A stretch of 24,000 nt of DNA from Streptomyces sp. NPDC059134 (GCF_042755905.1 NZ_JBHZDG010000025.1:1176-25175); one strand, 5' to 3'; shown: positions 1-9,199, counted from the stretch's first letter. The notes: generated from the letters alone by a model not told the origin. Numbers and translations: made by a program.

Positions 1-128
1 AGATGAAGGCATAGTCTCTTGCGCGTTGCTTTTGCCTTCAAGTGGTGGCTGGCGAGACGTTATGCCTCACTTGAAAGGCTCGCCCACCCCACGCCCGGCG
101 ACGCAGCCGGGCGGCCTCAGGAGTACAC

Positions 129-1550
129 GTGACCAGCACAGCGCAGGTTCCGCCGCCAGGAGGTCGAGCGGCCCACCCCGAACACCTCGGCCATGTCGTC
201 TTCATCACGGCTGCCGCCGCGATGGGCGGCTTCCTCTTCGGCTACGACAGCTCGGTGATCAACGGGGCGGTCGAGGCCATCCGGGACCGGTACGACATCG
301 GCTCCGCGGCCCTCGCCCAGGTCATCGCCATCGCACTGATCGGCTGTGCGATCGGGGCCGCCACGGCGGGCCGGATCGCCGACCGCATCGGCCGGATCCG
401 CTGCATGCAGATCTCCGCGGTCCTCTTCACGATCAGCGCGGTCGGCTCGGCCCTGCCGTTCAACATCTACGATCTCGCGTTCTGGCGGATCATCGGCGGC
501 TTCGCGATCGGGATGGCGTCGGTGATCGGCCCCGCGTACATCGCCGAGGTCTCGCCGGCCGCCTACCGAGGCCGGCTCGGCTCCTTCCAGCAGGCCGCGA
601 TCGTCATCGGCATCGCCGTCTCGCAGCTCGTCAACTACGGCATCCTCCAGCTCGCCGACGGCGACCAGCGCGGCAAGCTGCTGGGCTTCGAAGCGTGGCA
701 GTGGATGCTCGGTGTGATGGTCGTCCCGGCGGTGCTCTACGGTCTGCTCTCCTTCGCGATCCCCGAGTCCCCGCGCTTCCTGATCTCCGTCGGCCGGGTG
801 GACCGCGCCAAGCAGGTGCTCGCCGAGGTCGAGAGCAAGGACGTCGACCTGGACGCGCGGGTCGACGAGATCAAGCACGCGATGCACCGTGAGCACAAGT
901 CGACCTTCAAGGACCTGCTGGGCGGTGGCGGCTTCTTCTTCCTGCCCATCGTCTGGGTGGGGATCGGACTCTCGGTCTTCCAGCAGCTCGTCGGCATCAA
1001 CGTCGCCTTCTACTACTCGGCGACGCTCTGGCAGTCCGTCGGGATCGACCCGTCCGGTTCGTTCTTCTATTCGTTCACGACATCGATCGTCAACATCATC
1101 GGCACCGTGATCGCGATGGTCCTGGTGGACCGCGTCGGCCGCAGGCCGCTCGCCCTCGTCGGCTCCGCCGGTATGGCCGTCGCGCTCGCCTGTGAGGCAT
1201 GGGCGTTCTCCGCCCACCTGGTCGACGGCAAGCTCCCCAGCACCCAGGGGACCGTCGCCCTGATCGCCGCCCATGTGTTCGTGCTCTTCTTCGCGCTGTC
1301 GTGGGGCGTCATCGTCTGGGTCTTCCTCGGCGAGATGTTCCCGAACCGGATCCGCGCCGCCGCGCTCGGTGTCGCCGCCTCGGCGCAGTGGATCGCCAAC
1401 TGGGCGATCACGGCGAGCTTCCCGAGCCTGGCCGACTGGAACCTCTCGGGTACGTACGTCATCTACGCCTGCTTCGCCACGCTCTCCATCCCGTTCGTGC
1501 TCTTCTTCGTGAAGGAGACGAAGGGGAAGACGCTGGAGGAGATGGGCTAG
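129..1550 (+). CDS. glcP: MFS sugar-porter family glucose/sugar:H+ symporter (GlcP-like)
   Basis: 473-aa ORF with a GTG start at 129, 5 nt after AGGAG (119-123). Multi-TM MFS layout with sugar-porter signatures: GFLFGYDSSVINGA, GRIADRIGR, PESPRFL, VDRVGRRPL and a C-terminal FFVKETKGKTLEEM. Its position beside ftsY/nsdA/amtB matches my memory of the S. coelicolor glcP1 neighbourhood. Confidence 0.9.
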   Translation: MTSTAQVPPPGGRAAHPEHLGHVVFITAAAAMGGFLFGYDSSVINGAVEAIRDRYDIGSAALAQVIAIALIGCAIGAATAGRIADRIGRIRCMQISAVLFTISAVGSALPFNIYDLAFWRIIGGFAIGMASVIGPAYIAEVSPAAYRGRLGSFQQAAIVIGIAVSQLVNYGILQLADGDQRGKLLGFEAWQWMLGVMVVPAVLYGLLSFAIPESPRFLISVGRVDRAKQVLAEVESKDVDLDARVDEIKHAMHREHKSTFKDLLGGGGFFFLPIVWVGIGLSVFQQLVGINVAFYYSATLWQSVGIDPSGSFFYSFTTSIVNIIGTVIAMVLVDRVGRRPLALVGSAGMAVALACEAWAFSAHLVDGKLPSTQGTVALIAAHVFVLFFALSWGVIVWVFLGEMFPNRIRAAALGVAASAQWIANWAITASFPSLADWNLSGTYVIYACFATLSIPFVLFFVKETKGKTLEEMG

Positions 1551-3016
1551 CCCGGCCCGGTCCCTGCCCCGGCCTCGCTTCCCGTCCTGGCCCCGGCCTC
1601 CGCTTCCGCGGGCGCCGGGGTCTTCGCGCGCTCACGCGGCAGCACCCCGTACAGCCCCGCGGCGACCAGGGTGGTGACCACCCAGCCCAGGCCGTTCTCC
1701 CCGACCCACGTCCCGGCGAGGGGGCCCGAGAACCACTGCACGGAGGTGAAGAGCACCCCCACCACCAGCGCCGTACCCCAGGCGGCCATGGCCGACGGGG
1801 CGAATCCGCCCCGGTACCAGTAGCCGCTGGTGCGGGTCGTGTCCATCAGCGCCGTGCCGTCGTACGTACGCCGCCGCAGCATGTCCACGCCGAAGACGCC
1901 GATCCACGCGGAGAACGCCACCGCGAGCAGGGTGAGGAACGAGACGAACGAGCCGATGAAGCTCGTGGCGACCACCATCAGCAGGAAGCCGAGGATCAGG
2001 CTGATCACCGCGTTCACACTGACCGCCCAGGCGCGCGGCACCTTGATGCCCAGCGTCTGCGCCGTGAACCCCGCCGAATACATCGACATCGAGTTGATCA
2101 GCACCATCCCCACCAGCGCGATCAGCAGATACGGCACGGAGATCCAGGTGGGCAGCAGCGCGCCGATGAAGGAGACCGGGTCCTGCGCCGTGGCCAGATC
2201 CGGCGTCCCCACCGCCATCACCGCGCCCATCAGCACCAGCGGCAGCACCACGATCCCCGCGCCGGCCACCGTCGTGCCGACCATGCCCCGGCCCGAGGCG
2301 GACCGGGGCAGATAGCGGGTGAAGTCGGGGCCCGAGGGGACCCAGCTGAGTCCGCCCGCCGCGATCGTGCCGATGCCCGCGATCATCATCGCCGTCGAAC
2401 CGGCCGGCTTGCCGAAGACCGCCGACCAGTCGGTCCCGGCGATGAGGTGGACGAGCACCAGCACGCTGAACGCGCCGAAGAGATACGCCGACCACGTGCT
2501 GCAGATCCGCAGCGCCTTGATGCCCAGACCCGAGACCAGGAAGGTCCCGGCCACGAAGAGCACCAGGGTGATCACGACGAGCGGGGTGCTCCGCTTGATC
2601 CCGAAGAGCAGATCGAGCACCGTCAGCACCGCGTACGCGCCGGTCACCGCGTTGATCGTCTCCCACCCCCAGCGGGCGATCCAGATCAGCGACCCCGGGA
2701 AGAGGTTCCCGCGCTGTCCGAAGACCGCCCGGGAGAGCGCCATCCCCGGCGCCCCGCCGCGCTTGCCCGCGATGGAGATCAGCCCGACCGTGCCGTACGA
2801 GACGACGGGCGCCGTGACGCCCACGACCAGCGCCTGCCAGATGTTGAGGCCGTTGAGGACGATCAGGCCGGCCCCCATCGTGAGCAGCAGCACGCTGATG
2901 TTGGCGGCGACCCAGGTGGGGAAGAGTCCCCGCACATGGCCGGTGCGCTCGTCGTCGGGGACGGGCTCCAGGCCACGGGTCTCCATCGCGCCTTCGGATG
3001 CGGAGGCGTGGGGCAT
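1547..3016 (-). CDS. NCS1-family purine/cytosine (nucleobase-cation symport) permease
   Basis: 489-aa ORF with ATG at 3016 and GGAG 7 nt upstream. Polytopic hydrophobic protein. The N-terminal ETRGLEPVPDDERTGHVRGLFPTWVAANISV motif is typical of cytosine/purine/allantoin-type NCS1 permeases. Its stop overlaps the glcP stop. Substrate is unknown. Confidence 0.8.
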   Translation of the reverse strand: MPHASASEGAMETRGLEPVPDDERTGHVRGLFPTWVAANISVLLLTMGAGLIVLNGLNIWQALVVGVTAPVVSYGTVGLISIAGKRGGAPGMALSRAVFGQRGNLFPGSLIWIARWGWETINAVTGAYAVLTVLDLLFGIKRSTPLVVITLVLFVAGTFLVSGLGIKALRICSTWSAYLFGAFSVLVLVHLIAGTDWSAVFGKPAGSTAMMIAGIGTIAAGGLSWVPSGPDFTRYLPRSASGRGMVGTTVAGAGIVVLPLVLMGAVMAVGTPDLATAQDPVSFIGALLPTWISVPYLLIALVGMVLINSMSMYSAGFTAQTLGIKVPRAWAVSVNAVISLILGFLLMVVATSFIGSFVSFLTLLAVAFSAWIGVFGVDMLRRRTYDGTALMDTTRTSGYWYRGGFAPSAMAAWGTALVVGVLFTSVQWFSGPLAGTWVGENGLGWVVTTLVAAGLYGVLPRERAKTPAPAEAEAGARTGSEAGAGTGPG

Positions 3017-3023
3017 GAACAGG

Positions 3024-3100
3024 CTCCGAACAGAGGTGGGGGCTCCTGCGGGGGAGTGGACCTCCGGGCGAACCCGGAACCTCCACCATCGTCTGTTCGG
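3024..3100 (-). promoter_or_regulatory. Candidate structured 5' leader of the NCS1 permease mRNA (outer helix includes part of the SD)
   Basis: 3026-3034 pairs with 3092-3100 (9 bp) and 3035-3039 pairs with 3083-3087 (5 bp), with a 4-nt bulge at 3088-3091. An inner hairpin pairs 3063-3068 with 3073-3078; its loop reads UUCG on the minus-strand RNA. The SD GGAG lies at 3027..3024, and its first two G residues are inside the outer helix. Confidence 0.4.
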
Positions 3101-3114
3101 GGTAAAACGTCCAA

Positions 3115-3150
3115 ATCGTCACGAGGATCGTCACGGGGATCTTCGTGGGA
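3115..3150. repeat. Tandem 12-bp-period direct repeats in the divergent NCS1/ftsY promoter region
   Basis: ATCGTCACGagg (3115-3126), ATCGTCACGggg (3127-3138) and the degenerate ATCTTCGTGgga (3139-3150). ATCG recurs at 3163. Confidence 0.7.
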
Positions 3151-3242
3151 ACCTCTGAAGTCATCGCCGGGCCGGACCCCCGCCGGGACGCGCCCGGCAT
3201 GGCCGGGAGCCGCGCCCGGCCGTGGCTGATACTGGGAGCGTT

Positions 3243-4454
3243 ATGGAAATCGTCATCCTTGTTGTAGTCATCGCCCTGGTCGCGGTCGGCGCGATCAGCG
3301 GGCTCGTGGTCAGCAGCCGCAAGAAGAAGCTGCCGCCCTCGTCACCGTCGAGCACGCCGACCATCACAGCCCCACCCGCCGAACCGCACGTCGGTGACGA
3401 GGCGGAGACACCGCGCGACGAACCGCGCCGCACGATCGAGGAGGTCGGGCTCCCCGACGCCACCGCCGGTGCGCCGGTCGTCGTCGAGGAGCCCGTCGAG
3501 GCCGCCGAGGCGCCCGCCATCGAGGTGCCCGAGCCGTCCGCCGGCCGGCTGGTCCGGCTGCGCGCGCGGCTCGCCCGCTCGCAGAACTCCCTCGGCAAGG
3601 GCCTGCTCACCCTGCTCTCCCGCGAACACCTGGACGAGGAGACCTGGGAGGAGATCGAGGAGACCCTGCTCACCGCCGATGTCGGTGTCGCGCCGACCCA
3701 GGAGCTGGTCGAGCGGCTGCGCGAACGCGTCCGGGTGCTGGGCACCCGCACCCCGGCGGAGCTGCGCACCCTCCTGAGGGAGGAGCTGCTGGTCCTCCTC
3801 GACCCCGATGTCGACCGGGCGGTCAAGACGGAGAGCGGGCTGGACACGCCCGGCGTCGTCATGGTCGTCGGCGTCAACGGCACCGGCAAGACCACGACCA
3901 CCGGCAAGCTGGCGCGGGTGCTCGTCGCGGACGGCCGGTCGGTCGTCCTCGGCGCGGCGGACACCTTCCGCGCCGCCGCCGCCGACCAGCTCCAGACCTG
4001 GGGCGAGCGCGTCGGCGCGCGCACCGTACGGGGCCCGGAGGGCGGCGACCCGGCGTCGATCGCCTTCGACGCGGTCAAGGAGGGCATCGCGGAGGGCGCG
4101 GACGTCGTCCTCATCGACACGGCGGGGCGGCTGCACACCAAGACCGGACTGATGGACGAGCTGGGCAAGGTCAAGCGGGTCGTGGAGAAGCACGGCCCGC
4201 TCGATGAGGTGCTGCTCGTCCTGGACGCGACGACCGGACAGAACGGCCTCGTCCAGGCGCGGGTCTTCGCGGAGGTCGTCGAGATCACGGGGATCGTGCT
4301 GACCAAACTGGACGGTACGGCCAAGGGCGGCATCGTGATCGCGGTCCAGCGGGAGCTGGGCGTACCGGTGAAGCTGGTGGGTCTGGGCGAGGGTCCGGAC
4401 GACCTGGCGCCGTTCGAGCCCGCCGCGTTCGTCGACGCGCTGATCGGGGACTGA
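3243..4454 (+). CDS. ftsY: Signal recognition particle receptor FtsY
   Basis: The C-terminal NG domain carries SRP-GTPase motifs: GVNGTGKTTTTGKLA (G1), DTAGRL (G3), TKLDGTAKGG (G4). I prefer ATG 3243 (GGGAG 4 nt upstream), which gives an N-terminal hydrophobic anchor MEIVILVVVIALVAVGAISGLVV. The ORF track's alternative GTG at 3222 has no RBS. Confidence 0.95.
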   Translation: MEIVILVVVIALVAVGAISGLVVSSRKKKLPPSSPSSTPTITAPPAEPHVGDEAETPRDEPRRTIEEVGLPDATAGAPVVVEEPVEAAEAPAIEVPEPSAGRLVRLRARLARSQNSLGKGLLTLLSREHLDEETWEEIEETLLTADVGVAPTQELVERLRERVRVLGTRTPAELRTLLREELLVLLDPDVDRAVKTESGLDTPGVVMVVGVNGTGKTTTTGKLARVLVADGRSVVLGAADTFRAAAADQLQTWGERVGARTVRGPEGGDPASIAFDAVKEGIAEGADVVLIDTAGRLHTKTGLMDELGKVKRVVEKHGPLDEVLLVLDATTGQNGLVQARVFAEVVEITGIVLTKLDGTAKGGIVIAVQRELGVPVKLVGLGEGPDDLAPFEPAAFVDALIGD

Positions 4455-4468
4455 CCCCGGTCCGGGAC

Positions 4469-4543
4469 GGGGGAGTACGGGGCACGGAGGGACGTCGGTA
4501 CGGGGGAGCGGGGTCCTGGGGCACGGGGTGCGGGGTTACGGGG
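4469..4543 (+). repeat. Dense G-tract array (potential G-quadruplex), built on repeated NACGGGG units
   Basis: Nine runs of 3 or more G in 75 nt. Six consecutive runs of 4-5 G lie between 4502 and 4543, separated by loops of 3-4 nt. The array sits in the 3' region just after the ftsY stop. Confidence 0.6.
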
Positions 4544-4576
4544 CGGAAGGCGGCCTCCGTATCCCCGCACCCCGTG
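4522..4576. terminator. Long GC-rich hairpin between convergent ftsY and the Prim-Pol-like gene (candidate bidirectional terminator)
   Basis: CACGGGGTGCGGGGTTACGG (4522-4541) is complementary to CCGTATCCCCGCACCCCGTG (4557-4576) at 19 of 20 positions. The loop is 15 nt and is followed by GGCTTTCG. Confidence 0.6.
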
Positions 4577-4636
4577 GGCTTTCGTGCCTCCGTACCCCTC
4601 CGCATCGGGGCCCTCGGGACCCCTCGGCCCGCCGGT

Positions 4637-5296
4637 TCACGGCGGTGGCATCGAGCGGTGACAGATGTACGCCAGGGTGCCGAGCAGAAGCCTGGCCTGC
4701 GGGGGCGCCGCGGCCGTGTCCAGGGACGGGGGCCGCAGCCAGCGGACCGGGCCCAGCCCCGCCAGGTCCGACGGGGGCGCCGTGACATGCGCGCCGGCGC
4801 CCAGCCCGTGCAGATCCAGGTCCGCGTCGTCCCAGCCCATCCGGTAGAGCAGCTCCGGCAGCTCGGCCGCCGCGCCCGGCGCGACGAAGAAGCGGGCGCG
4901 GCCCGTCGGCGTCGCCAGCACCGGGCCCAGCGGGAGCCCCATCCGTTCGAGACGGACCAGCGCGCGGCTGCCGGCCGGCTCCGCGACGTCGATGATGTCG
5001 AAACTCCGGCCCACCGGGAGCAGCACCGCCGCGCCCGGCACCTCCGACCACGCCTTCGCGGCGTCGTCCAGCGTGGCGCCCGCGGGGACCTCGGGGCCGA
5101 AGCCGAGCCGGTGGGCGCCCGGCGCCGGACACCCGGGGTCGCCGCAGGAGCAGTGTCCGCCCGAGGCCCGCGCGCCGGGCACGACGTCCCAGCCCCAGAG
5201 CCCGGTGTACTCCGCCACCGCGGTGCACTCTGTGGTGCGACCGCGGCGGCGTGAGCCGGACCGCATCTCGCGGATGCCGCCGATCGTGAAGCCCAT
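4637..5296 (-). CDS. Conserved actinobacterial protein with a bifunctional DNA primase/polymerase (Prim-Pol) N-terminal-like domain
   Basis: Reading from ATG 5296 (GGAGG 4 nt upstream) gives 219 aa. Prim-Pol-like blocks: GLWGWDVVPG, CSCGDPGCPAPGAH, FDIIDV, TPTGRARFFV, GAGAHVTAPPS. I reject the longer ORF start at 5395 because its extension is R-rich with no supporting signal. Confidence 0.6.
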   Translation of the reverse strand: MGFTIGGIREMRSGSRRRGRTTECTAVAEYTGLWGWDVVPGARASGGHCSCGDPGCPAPGAHRLGFGPEVPAGATLDDAAKAWSEVPGAAVLLPVGRSFDIIDVAEPAGSRALVRLERMGLPLGPVLATPTGRARFFVAPGAAAELPELLYRMGWDDADLDLHGLGAGAHVTAPPSDLAGLGPVRWLRPPSLDTAAAPPQARLLLGTLAYICHRSMPPP

Positions 5297-5726
5297 GCCC
5301 CCTCCAACGGGTCGAACTCGCCGGTGGTTACGACTCGCAGTCTGCCTGTTACGCTCCGTTGCCACCTGCGCCATTCGAGTGGCGCGAAGGGGCATTGGGG
5401 GTAGCGCGATCCGATTCGTGCGCCCCTATGTGCATCGTTCCGCCACCCCCTGAACGTCGTTCGTCAAGTCAATCGCGCTCTGTGGCGGGCGAGTTCATTC
5501 GAAGGGGTGGCGAATGGTGGCGATTGTGGAATCACCCTCGCCGGACGGGTGATCGTAGGATTACTTTCGGTGCACGAACCTCGGGGTAAGACAGTCTCGC
5601 GGGTATGCCAAGGGCAACTCGGTTTCCTGTTCGAAGGGGCGCAACCTCCGGACACGGAGCCGTCGCTCACGGCATTCTGATAGCGGTTCGCGAGACAAGG
5701 GCATTCGGTCGGATGGGGGCTTTCCA

Positions 5727-7202
5727 GTGGGCAGCGGCGCAGGCGGTACGGATACCGGCAAGCGTCCGAACGGGCAACTCAACTCGTGGTTCCTGCGCAG
5801 CGGCTGGTCGAAGGGTGAACTGGCGCGCCAGGTCAACCGCCGCGCGCGCCAGATGGGCGCGCATCACATCAGCACGGACACCTCGCGCGTACGCCGCTGG
5901 CTCGACGGCGAGCAGCCGCGCGAGCCGATTCCGCGCATCCTCTCCGAGCTGTTCTCCGAGCGCTTCGGCGCCGTGGTGGCCGTCGAGGAGCTGGGACTGC
6001 GCTCCGCCCACCGCTCCCCGTCGGTGTCCGGTGTCGACCTGCCCTGGGCGGGACCCCAGACCGTCGCACTGATCAGCGAGTTCTCCCGCAGCGACCTGAT
6101 GCTGGCGCGTCGCGGCTTTCTCGGTACGTCCCTGGCGCTGGCCGCGGGCCCCGCCCTCGTCGAGCCGATGCAGCGCTGGCTGGTGCCCACCCCCGCGGCC
6201 GATCCGGGCGAGCCGGCGCCGGACCCCGTCGCCCCGGCCCGCACCACCCGCCTCTCCGAACCCGAGCTGGACCTGCTGGAGTCCACCACGGCCTGCTTCC
6301 GGACGTGGGATGCCCAATGCGGCGGCGGTCTGCGCCGCAAGGCGGTCGTCGGCCAACTCCACGAGGTCACCGAACTCCTCCAGGAGCCGCAGCCGGAGGC
6401 GACCTCCAGGCGGCTCTTCCGGTGCGCGGCCGAGCTGGCGGAGCTGGCCGGCTGGATGAGCTACGACGTGGGCCTCCAGCCCAACGCCCAGAAGTACTTC
6501 GTCCTGGCCCTGCACGCAGCCAAGGAAGCCGGGGACAAGCCTCTCGGCGCGTACATCCTCTCCTCCATGAGCCGCCAGATGATCCATCTGGGCCGGCCCG
6601 ACGACGCCCTCGAACTCATCCATCTCGCGCAGTACGGCGGCAGGGACGGCGCCACCCCCAGGACCCAGGCGATGCTGTATGCGATGGAGGCCAGGGCGTA
6701 CGCGAACATGGGCCAGCCGAGCAAGACCAAGCGGGCCGTCAGAATGGCCGAGGACACCTTCTCCGACGTCGGGCTCGACGGCGAGCCGGAGCCCGACTGG
6801 ATCCGCTTCTTCTCCGAGGCGGAGCTGAACGGGGAGAACGCCCACTCGTACCGCGATCTGGCCTATGTCGCCGGCCGCAGCCCCACCTACGCCTCCCTCG
6901 CGGAGCCCGTCATGCAGCGGGCCGTCGAACTCTTCGCCAAGGACGACGACCACCAGCGCTCGTACGCGCTCAACCTGATCGGCATGGCCACCGTCCACCT
7001 CCTCAACCGTGAGCCCGAGCAGGCCACGGCGCTGGCGGAGAAGGCCCTGGACGTCGCCCGCTGTGTGCGCTCCGAGCGGGTCAACACCCGGCTGCGCAAG
7101 ACGCTCGACACGGCCGCCAGGGACTTCGGTGACGTCGCCGAGGTGGTCGATCTGACCGAAGTGCTCGCCCAGAAGCTTCCCGAGTCCGCGGAGGCCGTCT
7201 GA
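5727..7202 (+). CDS. nsdA: NsdA-like TPR-type negative regulator of differentiation/antibiotic production
   Basis: 491 aa with a GTG start. The N-terminus WFLRSGWSKGELARQVNRRARQMGAHHISTDTSRVRRWLDGEQPREPIPRILSELFSERFG matches my recollection of S. coelicolor NsdA (SCO5582). It also sits in the same position, immediately upstream of amtB. Confidence 0.85.
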   Translation: MGSGAGGTDTGKRPNGQLNSWFLRSGWSKGELARQVNRRARQMGAHHISTDTSRVRRWLDGEQPREPIPRILSELFSERFGAVVAVEELGLRSAHRSPSVSGVDLPWAGPQTVALISEFSRSDLMLARRGFLGTSLALAAGPALVEPMQRWLVPTPAADPGEPAPDPVAPARTTRLSEPELDLLESTTACFRTWDAQCGGGLRRKAVVGQLHEVTELLQEPQPEATSRRLFRCAAELAELAGWMSYDVGLQPNAQKYFVLALHAAKEAGDKPLGAYILSSMSRQMIHLGRPDDALELIHLAQYGGRDGATPRTQAMLYAMEARAYANMGQPSKTKRAVRMAEDTFSDVGLDGEPEPDWIRFFSEAELNGENAHSYRDLAYVAGRSPTYASLAEPVMQRAVELFAKDDDHQRSYALNLIGMATVHLLNREPEQATALAEKALDVARCVRSERVNTRLRKTLDTAARDFGDVAEVVDLTEVLAQKLPESAEAV

Positions 7203-7423
7203 GCCGCGGGCCCGCCCCCGGTCGTACACAGCCCGCGCCCGCCGTACACGGCACACCCCAGCTCCGGCCGCGGCAGCCACCCCGTACAGCCCGACACGGC
7301 TCCCCCGCCGCCAGGACAGCAGGGTGAATGCCGCGGCCGGTTTCCGCTGCCCGCGGGAGGCCCGCCGGGTGTCCGCGGAGGATATCCGTGTTCCCCGCTC
7401 GCGAGCGGCGGGTTCATCGGGGT

Positions 7424-7459
7424 GTAACACGCGGGACACCTTCGTCACCGTCGCGAAAC
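7424..7459 (+). promoter_or_regulatory. Tandem GlnR boxes (a-n6-b, a-n6-b) in the amtB promoter
   Basis: GTAAC(7424-7428)-n6-GACAC(7435-7439)-n4-GTCAC(7444-7448)-n6-GAAAC(7455-7459). This fits the published Streptomyces GlnR a-site gTnAc / b-site GaAAc pattern. It lies about 115 nt upstream of the amtB start. Confidence 0.75.
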
Positions 7460-7571
7460 ATCGAGCGGCACTGGCTGAAACCGCGCTGCGCCAATCTCCT
7501 GAGCACAGTCGGCCCCATACCTGCTTGAGCATCCGCACGGGCCGTATCCGACCCACGAGGAGACGCTGGCC

Positions 7572-9199
<1,628 letters not shown>

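Noticed and set aside
1199-3229. A 676-aa plus-strand ORF opposite the NCS1 permease
   Set aside because: The translation is R/D/H/G-rich nonsense. It overlaps the 3' end of glcP and lies antisense to a clearly membrane-protein-coding frame.
5348-5362. gTtACgCtccGTtgc as a canonical 15-bp BldD box upstream of nsdA
   Set aside because: Two of the nine specified consensus positions mismatch, including one in each half. The site lies closer to the divergent Prim-Pol-like gene. This is too weak to call without binding data.
5667-7556. A 629-aa minus-strand ORF antisense to nsdA. Similar shadow ORFs occur at 117-1274, 3161-4570, 7749-8828, 16668-18362 and 14947-16395.
   Set aside because: All of these are antisense or out of frame relative to genes with strong family signatures. 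They show biased Arg/Gly/Pro/Asp composition and have no start-site signals.
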